From assembly GCA_964519555.1 (NCBI GenBank), contig CAZFJE010000074.1, positions 1 through 13,866 of the forward strand: a stretch of DNA of 13,866 nt, written 5' to 3'. The first letter of the stretch is position 1, and each line of letters starts with the position of its first letter. A program made the position numbers and the translations under genes. The notes below the pieces were generated by a model, which made no database searches, was not told where the DNA came from, and saw only the letters and a program-made list of their open reading frames with translations. Origin of the DNA: an uncultured Thermoleophilia bacterium (lineage in GTDB: Bacteria; Actinomycetota; Thermoleophilia; UBA2241). Of this stretch, positions 1 through 5,480 are shown in pieces.

Positions 1-395
1 CGGCGAGGGCCAGGGACCGTCACCCTCACCCGTCGGCCATAGTCCACCCGGACGGCGGAGACAGGGCGAAGGGGGAGTTATTGCCTCGCTGCGAATAGGG
101 ACGCCGCTCTTTGAGGCTCAAGCGCGAGCGGGACGAAGCCGACAACTAACAGTAATAAAACCAAATGCCCGAGGCGCAACATGCCATTTTGCAGGGAGTG
201 CGGAGACCACATAGCCGAGAGTGACCAATTCTGTGTCAAGTGCGGCGCGACAACGCCGTCGGGCGCATCCGGCGAGCTACAGGCTAACGATGGACGTTCG
301 CCTCGAAAGCGACGCCTAGTCACCATTATTGTTGTGGCCGTGGTACTTGCCGTAATTTTGTGTGCGCTCGTGTTCGGCCTCGGACGTTCACATCG
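1..395. repeat. Left arm of a long imperfect inverted repeat (partner 13344-13741)
   Basis: The reverse complement of 13344-13741 aligns to 1-395. Identity is 62/64 over 81-144 vs 13601-13664, including a 44/44 perfect run (101-144 vs 13601-13644). Similarity continues inward through the start codon, zinc ribbon and TM helix of the 181-945 gene. It also continues outward, with indels, to position 1, so the arm is truncated by the window. Confidence 0.85.
81..144 (+). promoter_or_regulatory. Conserved upstream block of the zinc-ribbon gene (candidate promoter/operator)
   Basis: The block lies -100 to -37 from ATG 181, and a near-identical copy sits upstream of GTG 13566. It contains a nested palindrome, ccgctc-t-ttgag-g-ctcaa-gcgc-gagcgg, at 104-131. 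gggacg (130-135) is followed after exactly 17 nt by taataa (153-158). The right copy has gggacg, 17 nt, then tactaa (13610-13615 / 13587-13592 on the minus strand). GAGG at 171-174 is a plausible SD. The promoter assignment is speculative. Confidence 0.4.
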
Positions 396-945
396 TGACG
401 GTGACGCCCTCGCAACTGTTGCCACGCCAACTGCGGCGGCCACACCAGCCCCGGCCACATCCCCGTCGGGAGCTGCCCAAGCCTCTACCAGACTCCCGGG
501 AATCGGTGGTTCAAGGACTTTCTATGACAGCGCCTACCCTGATTTTGGATTGACCGCGACCGTGGACAACACAAAGACCCTCCCGCCCGTAGAGAACGAC
601 AGTATTTGGTCCGATGTCCCCAAGTACGCGTATGGGGTGCAGCTGACAATTGAGAACACTGGACAACAGAGCTATGACGATGATCTTTCAGTTACGGCCA
701 ACAGTACCCTTGGAATCGCTGGCATCTTCACCCTCTACGACACAGATGGCAACTCCCACGGTTGGAACGACGGGGGCGATTACCCTGACGTTCTGCACCA
801 TGTGCACGTCTTGCCGGGGGAGTCGATTTCCGGTTGGGTCTATTTCGGATCAGATAACTCAATCACGCCAGTCTCTTTTGAGTTTGCTCCGAATGACATA
901 CAGGACAATGTGACCTTCAAGCCAGGTGAGTGGCAACTGCAATAG
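181..945 (+). CDS. Zinc-ribbon / single-pass membrane protein with a beta-sandwich ectodomain (tentatively DUF4352-like)
   Basis: ATG is preceded by GAGG. The N-terminus MPFCRECG...DQFCVKCG is a CxxC...CxxC zinc ribbon. A basic stretch RKRR is followed by the TM helix LVTIIVVAVVLAVILCALVFGLG and an Ala/Pro/Thr linker. The C-terminal part (YGVQLTIENTGQQ...LPGESISGWVYF) resembles DUF4352-type Ig-like domains. The domain call is from memory of the family pattern. Confidence 0.8.
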   Translation: MPFCRECGDHIAESDQFCVKCGATTPSGASGELQANDGRSPRKRRLVTIIVVAVVLAVILCALVFGLGRSHRDGDALATVATPTAAATPAPATSPSGAAQASTRLPGIGGSRTFYDSAYPDFGLTATVDNTKTLPPVENDSIWSDVPKYAYGVQLTIENTGQQSYDDDLSVTANSTLGIAGIFTLYDTDGNSHGWNDGGDYPDVLHHVHVLPGESISGWVYFGSDNSITPVSFEFAPNDIQDNVTFKPGEWQLQ

Positions 946-1052
946 TGGCAGGGGGTCGCGCTCGCTAGCGTGGGCTTGCGGCCGGGTGGCTACGCTGGCG
1001 GGACGCCGATATTAGACAGTTGCCCGGCCGCAGAGTAATGCCCCGTGGGCCA

Positions 1053-2006
1053 TCACGATGGAGGCGCGCCGAAGTCACCAACTCCGTGCCATCGGTCGCC
1101 GCCGATGTTGACATGACAGCCAGCTAGCTGAAGGCGCTGCGCAAGCTGCTGTCGCTTGGAAACGGAGTCGTCGAGACGGAGGATGTGCCGACCTGCGATG
1201 TCACTGAAGGGGCGAACCGTGCCGAGCTGAACAAGCACGGTTCTCTTAGCGTCTCTGCCCATGGCCATTCCAGCCTCAAAGATGACATTCATTCGTGCTT
1301 GAGGCGTGAAAGACTTCTCATGATCGGGGTCGGAGGATTGCTGAAAGTCAGGCAGCAGTCGCCCTTCATCGTCTGGGGTTATCAAGACCACTACCGCGGC
1401 GGCTTGGTCGAATGCTATGTCGAGAATCTCGCCGACATATGGCGTTGGATGACCCGTCCCGGCAACCGCCTCAGACCACTCAATCGGATGTAAGTCGATG
1501 GCGGACAGGAAGTCAATCAGCGAGCGTGCCGCAGCAAGGTCTCGCCCATGGACAACAAAGACGTCGCGCGCGTCGGACGGCTCGCGGCCATTCTCCCTTG
1601 CCATCTCTTCAGCGGTTGCCCTGTCCACGGAGACCTCGGTTCCATTGGATCGCACCTGTGAGGCCATTAGCTCTAAGTGACGAACGGCCGCCTCAAGGAT
1701 TCCTTTTATCTGGTTGCGGTATTCGTGAAACACATGCTGGAAGTCGTTCTTTGAATGCCAGTTGCTGCTGCTCAATACATGATCATCATAATTCATGACC
1801 CGAATGGCAAAGATATTGGTCACGTTAGTGAACTTCACGGTGAGCGGATGATTGTCACCAAAAAGCGAACGCAGTATAAGTTCTGCGTCAGTCTGCCATG
1901 CGGAGAACTGAGATGTCCAAATGTTTACTTCAAGACGTTCTAGCTCGTCCAGTGATGTCTTTATTCTTACTATGGCGTCTGAATGGCTGATTCTGTTGTT
2001 CAACAA
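1053..2006 (-). CDS. TIR-like (Cap12/PycTIR-type) domain protein with an unknown N-terminal domain; putative NADase defence effector
   Basis: The C-terminal half (aa ~148-305, nt 1092-1565) reads DVFVVHGRD...LIDFL...PIEW...VVVLITPDDEG...ARMNVIFEAGMAMG...RPFSDIAG. This matches the bacterial TIR-like nucleotide-binding family pattern (VFIVHG / LLTPDD / RQNVxFExG). The conserved Glu is retained (E244, nt 1275-1277). The start is TTG at 2006 or 2003, after GGAGA. The N-terminal ~145 aa have no recognisable motif and are AT-rich. Confidence 0.72.
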   Translation of the reverse strand: MLNNRISHSDAIVRIKTSLDELERLEVNIWTSQFSAWQTDAELILRSLFGDNHPLTVKFTNVTNIFAIRVMNYDDHVLSSSNWHSKNDFQHVFHEYRNQIKGILEAAVRHLELMASQVRSNGTEVSVDRATAEEMARENGREPSDARDVFVVHGRDLAAARSLIDFLSAIDLHPIEWSEAVAGTGHPTPYVGEILDIAFDQAAAVVVLITPDDEGRLLPDFQQSSDPDHEKSFTPQARMNVIFEAGMAMGRDAKRTVLVQLGTVRPFSDIAGRHILRLDDSVSKRQQLAQRLQLAGCHVNIGGDRWHGVGDFGAPPS

Positions 2007-2054
2007 TTCTCCAGAAATCAGATTCTTATCACCGTCGCATCGGAGTCTCGGAGC

Positions 2055-2549
2055 TTAGGTGAGATCCAATGTTAGCGGCGTGCTCTCGTCGCTCTTGGTC
2101 TTTGGAGCCTTCTTGAAAGTCACATTTGTCTCCGACGACACCGGACTTTCGATCCGCGCCGAGCCGTCCAGTAACTTCGCGACTGTGAGAAGCTGAATGC
2201 GAGGATACGCGCTCTGCCCCTCCCATCCCGCGTGGTAGAAGCCCGCCGCCGCCGCGTCTTCGCGCATTGGCTTTGTAGGCTCCGGCATTGTGATGAGGAC
2301 ACCGATAGCGGCGCCCTCGCGTTCGATGACGCCGCGCAGCTCATGGACGTGGTGACGACCCGTGTGCCCGGCCTTCACGCTCAGAATGATTTGACTTGCC
2401 GCCTGTGCGCCGCCTTGCTCCGCAAACAGTACGTTGTATGTCGCGTTGGAGTTGAACGGCGGGTCGAGATAGACGAGGTCGACAGATTCGTCGGCTACAT
2501 AGCGCCGCAAGATGTCGAGATTGTCGCCGTAATAGAGCAGGTTGCCCAC
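2055..2549 (-). pseudogene. Internally deleted N4/N6 DNA methyltransferase remnant (motif IV region fused in frame to a C-terminal nuclease-like tail)
   Basis: NLLYYGDNLDILR...VDLVYLDPPFNSNATYNVLF is a typical MTase N-terminus with the DPPF motif. At about nt 2385-2390 it jumps directly to ...SVKAGH..VHELRGVIEREGAAIGVLITMPEPTKPMREDAAAAGFY...YPRIQLLTV. That sequence is the C-terminal REase-like tail seen in long MTases of this type. The AdoMet-binding FxGxG region is absent. The ORF stays open up to 2684, overlapping cas1, but GTG 2549 directly precedes the conserved N-terminus. Confidence 0.65.
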
Positions 2550-2601
2550 GGGGTGAACGCTATCACCGTGGCGAGACAGACGAAAGGAACGTGCGCGGCT
2601 C

Positions 2602-4155
2602 TCAAGGGGTTGCGGCCTCTGCGAGGCCTCGCAGCTTTTCCCAATGTCTCGGGTGCGGAATGTACCCCCGCCGAACCCTTGCACACATCGTCAGCGACAG
2701 CCCCGTCGCCGCCTTCATCTTGCGCAGCGACACACCCTCAAGCAGCGGCAGTATCTCGCGCCTGAATACAGCCGGGTCCGGCTTGTCGTGGGTTCGATCC
2801 CATTCGATTTCCTCGCGTCGCCGTTGTGCGGTGGCCTCACCGAGTTTGCGCCGCACTTCCGCGCTATCCATCGGTTCGCGACCCTCCGCGCGCATCTTGG
2901 CAAGCGCGGCAACCCCCGACGCCACGAATGCTATTTCCAGTTGTTGCCGTTCGCCGGGCAAGCAGTCGTCACAGAATTGGCGCTCGCTGTTCGGCAAAGG
3001 TCCGCCGCAAGTTGCGCAGGTCGCGGCCGGTCTGCGCGTCTGCGAGGATATCGGTCTCGTCGGCTTGCGGCGCACGGTGTCGCGCCCGCTGCTGCGGTTT
3101 GCCTGAGTTAGCGGCGTCGGTAGGCGTTCGATCCGCGATGGAGACTTCGAGGCGAGCATGCCCGCGACGTTCTCGACGACCGGCGCAATAGCGCGCGCCC
3201 ATTGAGTAGTCGTCTCCGCGAGGGTGTGCGTCAGGGGCGCAAGTACGCGGCAGACACCTTTTCTGGTCTCAACAAAGTCTTTAGCGGTAAAGGTGCGTGC
3301 CGCGAGCAAGTCGAGTAGATAGGCGTCGACCTGCGGGCGCACCGTTTCCATTAGGTCGAGCACTAATGAGTCGCGGGATTTCTGGTCCGCGTGAAATACT
3401 CCTAACCCCGGATCGAGCCCGCAGGCTAAACAGGCAAAGCGCGTCTCTGCCTCAAGCAATGCGTAGAGGTAATTGAGCATCGCATTTGCGGGATTAGCTG
3501 CGCGACGCGGCGACCCGGTAATCGGCGAGCCACGCTGCCCGAAATTACGCCAATGCTCAGGAGTTGATTTCTCGTCTTTCTTGGCAAAGCGCAGCGTGAT
3601 GTCTCGCCAGACTCCCCAATACGCCGCAGCGCCCGTCGATTCGGCCGTAAGCATTTCCGGCAAAGAAGCGGCATTATCGGCCATTATCCTCGCGGCGGTT
3701 AATTCGGCGGCAGCATTATCCGGGAATATCGACCGCGATAGATTAATTTCCTGACCGGCTAGCTTCGCGCAAAGCACATAGCGCGCTATTTTGAGGCCAG
3801 CGGTATTTGTCGGGGCGAGCGCCAGCGCGCGACGTAGGCGCGGATCGTTTAGCCCATAATTGGCGGAGGCCGCAATTACCTCGCCATCACGGTCGATCTG
3901 CAGAAATGCGATTCCGGCGTCGGTTAACCAGCGCAGCGCCTCGAGGCTAATTGCGCCCTCGTGGCCGACAATAATTAGCCGCTTTATGCCGACAAGTGCT
4001 TTCGCGAAGCTGCGCTCGCGACGAAAACGCCCGATGCCATCGGAGACAATCAGGCTGCGATTGCGAACCCGAACCTGGACGCCGTAGCCGTCGACCACGC
4101 AGACACCGCCCGCGCAGTCGAGGCTTTGGAAGGTTGCGCTAACATAGCTCTGCAT
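2602..4155 (-). CDS. cas1: Cas1-family integrase (stand-alone, casposase-like) with a C-terminal zinc ribbon + HTH extension
   Basis: Cas1 hallmarks are present: TAESTGAAAYW (E172), RRAANPANAMLNYLYALLEAE, and GLDPGLGVFHADQKSRDSLVLDLMETVRPQVD (H255, D267/E270). The N-terminal region (SLIVSDG...IKRLIIVGHEGAISLEALRWLTDAGIAFLQIDRDGEV) matches the Cas1 beta-domain pattern. The C-terminus has CATCGG...FCDDC (aa 380-398) and an HTH-like LRKMKAATGLSLTMCARVRRG (aa 477-497). An SD-like GAAAGGG precedes the ATG. Confidence 0.9.
   Translation of the reverse strand: MQSYVSATFQSLDCAGGVCVVDGYGVQVRVRNRSLIVSDGIGRFRRERSFAKALVGIKRLIIVGHEGAISLEALRWLTDAGIAFLQIDRDGEVIAASANYGLNDPRLRRALALAPTNTAGLKIARYVLCAKLAGQEINLSRSIFPDNAAAELTAARIMADNAASLPEMLTAESTGAAAYWGVWRDITLRFAKKDEKSTPEHWRNFGQRGSPITGSPRRAANPANAMLNYLYALLEAETRFACLACGLDPGLGVFHADQKSRDSLVLDLMETVRPQVDAYLLDLLAARTFTAKDFVETRKGVCRVLAPLTHTLAETTTQWARAIAPVVENVAGMLASKSPSRIERLPTPLTQANRSSGRDTVRRKPTRPISSQTRRPAATCATCGGPLPNSERQFCDDCLPGERQQLEIAFVASGVAALAKMRAEGREPMDSAEVRRKLGEATAQRRREEIEWDRTHDKPDPAVFRREILPLLEGVSLRKMKAATGLSLTMCARVRRGYIPHPRHWEKLRGLAEAATP
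2619..2634 (+). repeat. Perfect 16-bp palindrome ctgcgaggcctcgcag, followed on the plus strand by cttttcc (terminator-like in the plus orientation)
   Basis: Read directly from the sequence. It lies in the last ~10 codons of cas1. An overlapping alternative hairpin ggcctc-tgc-gaggcc sits at 2614-2628. A T-run follows only on the plus strand. Confidence 0.35.
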
Positions 4156-4173
4156 TTCGGAAACCCTTTCTTC

Positions 4174-4204
4174 CGAGTGCCACGCCCCCGGACCGCAGCC
4201 ACGG
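4174..4204 (-). terminator. GC-rich intergenic hairpin between the 387-aa gene and cas1 (attenuator, processing site or T-tract-less terminator)
   Basis: gcccccg-gaccg-cagcca-cggtc-g-cgggggc forms a 12-bp stem with one bulge and a 6-nt loop, 20 nt after the upstream stop codon. No U-tract follows on the minus-strand transcript. Confidence 0.35.
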
Positions 4205-4223
4205 TCGCGGGGGCACTTGTCTG

Positions 4224-5387
4224 CTAGGTCGAGTCTCCTGGTAGTCCGTCGGGGAAGAGCAGGGCCCTAGCCTCGGGATGAGTGACAAGAAAGCCACCGA
4301 CCCTCTCGGGGTCCTCCCGGGCGAACATCTGGACAGCGACCAGCAGACGCTTGAATTGATCCGCGTCGTGGAGGGTCGACTTCAGCCTGGCAGGCGTGAG
4401 CGTCTCGTCTTCGACGATCTCGGGGACTTCGGCCATGAGCTGCTCAAGGATGCCGATGAGCGGCGCGAGGTCAAGCACCGTACGGGTCCCCGGCACGGGC
4501 CGTGGTCCCCTGAAGGCTGGATCGTCGAAGAGCGGCTCCAAGACAAGCAACCAGCGCGCCTGGTCGACAGCATCGCTCGGCTGCAGTGCCGCGAAAAGAC
4601 TCTCGGCACTCTTGCCGCCCGCTTGCCGCGCCACGAAGCCGATTTGGCCGACTTCCACGAGCACCTGCTGGACGTGGTCGCGACAGCGGCAGAGGTCGTC
4701 ATCTGCGAGCGCCGCTAGGCGCTCCGAGTAGCAACCAGACAGCACACTTCGGGCAACCTCGCTGACTTCGACCACGTCGCCGCTGCCCAAGGCCTTTTGG
4801 CCAAGCAGCACACCGAAGAGAAACTGCAGGCCGAGCCCTTCGACGAGCCCAGAGGAAGTGCCGTCGCTCACGGGCGGTGCCAGCAGGGATGCCATGAAGC
4901 TCGGCAACCCACCCTTGCCGACCCGCCGTCTGGCTCGGGAGGCAAGCGCTTCGCTGGGTGCAAGCCGCACGTCCTCGCTATACCCGGCCTCGACGGCCGG
5001 CTGCAGCTCGTCCGGTGACTTTGTGCGAAGGGCATCGGCTCCACTGTCGACGCGCCGAGCCACCTCTTCGAGGAAGCCGCGAACGGTGGCCATCGGCACA
5101 TGGCAGCGCTCCCACCACAGATACCACGCAAGTAGGTCGTGACGGCGGGTGCGCTTCTCCTGGCGCAACTCGCAGATGCGCAGGAGGCGGTCAGCCGCTT
5201 CAGCTGGGTAGATGAACTTTCCGCTGCCGTGTTTCTTGCCTAGCCACTGACGATCGGGTGCCGGCAGCAACCCCTCGCGGTGCCACCTGGCGAACTGCAC
5301 GTCGCTCACGCGGTAGCCGCGCTTTGCAACGAGGCGAACCAGCTCCTGCTGCGTGTGACCGTCAGCCATGGACCGACTATACATCAT
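4224..5387 (-). CDS. Hypothetical protein with an N-terminal HTH-like region (element-specific, unknown function)
   Basis: A long ORF in the cas1 orientation, immediately upstream of cas1. The N-terminus TQQELVRLVAKRGYRVSDVQFARWHREGLLP looks like a wHTH/MerR-type helix-turn-helix. The rest is helical-looking with no motif I recognise. The start could be ATG 5387 or ATG 5369. Confidence 0.65.
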   Translation of the reverse strand: MMYSRSMADGHTQQELVRLVAKRGYRVSDVQFARWHREGLLPAPDRQWLGKKHGSGKFIYPAEAADRLLRICELRQEKRTRRHDLLAWYLWWERCHVPMATVRGFLEEVARRVDSGADALRTKSPDELQPAVEAGYSEDVRLAPSEALASRARRRVGKGGLPSFMASLLAPPVSDGTSSGLVEGLGLQFLFGVLLGQKALGSGDVVEVSEVARSVLSGCYSERLAALADDDLCRCRDHVQQVLVEVGQIGFVARQAGGKSAESLFAALQPSDAVDQARWLLVLEPLFDDPAFRGPRPVPGTRTVLDLAPLIGILEQLMAEVPEIVEDETLTPARLKSTLHDADQFKRLLVAVQMFAREDPERVGGFLVTHPEARALLFPDGLPGDST

Positions 5388-5480
5388 TACTTTAGACCGT
5401 GCATCTCAGCGTCGCTTTGGTGCCGCAAAATCGCCTCCTCTACGTTTAGCGCAAGCAGAAGACAAGCGTAGAGGTGACGT
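5388..5480. promoter_or_regulatory. Divergent control region between the leftward (387-aa gene, cas1...) and rightward (ParB-MTase...polB) gene strings
   Basis: This is the only sizeable intergenic gap between divergently oriented genes. It contains an AT-richer stretch ctatacatcattactttagacc. It also has an 8-bp inverted repeat, cctctacg (5437-5444) / cgtagagg (5467-5474), whose right half overlaps the GAGGTG Shine-Dalgarno of the 5481 ATG. Confidence 0.45.

Noticed and set aside
955-970. Direct-repeat-like similarity, gtcgcgctcgctagcg (955-970) vs gtcgcgctggctaagc (12384-12399), could be att/TSD sites
   Set aside because: There are only 8 + 4 contiguous matches with a mismatch and an indel, in GC-rich low-information sequence. 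The flanks offer no supporting similarity.
2037-2044. An 8-nt inverted match, gcatcgga (2037-2044) vs tccgatgc (11440-11447), sits just outside the MTase remnant stop and the polB stop and could be a short TIR
   Set aside because: The match does not extend beyond 8 nt plus a gapped gtc. An 8-mer match between search zones of about 100 and 300 nt is roughly expected by chance.
2550-2684. N-terminal extension of the methyltransferase-remnant ORF, overlapping cas1 by 83 nt
   Set aside because: The conserved MTase N-terminus (NLLYYGDNL) begins right after GTG 2549. The upstream residues are not MTase-like and overlap the cas1 3' end.
2790-2801. tRNA T-arm-like string gggttcgatccc, relevant because casposons often target tRNA 3' ends
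   Set aside because: It lies inside the cas1 coding frame (codons for ..EWDRTH..). The flanking bases do not form a 5-bp T-stem, acceptor stem or anticodon arm. It is most likely a chance match.
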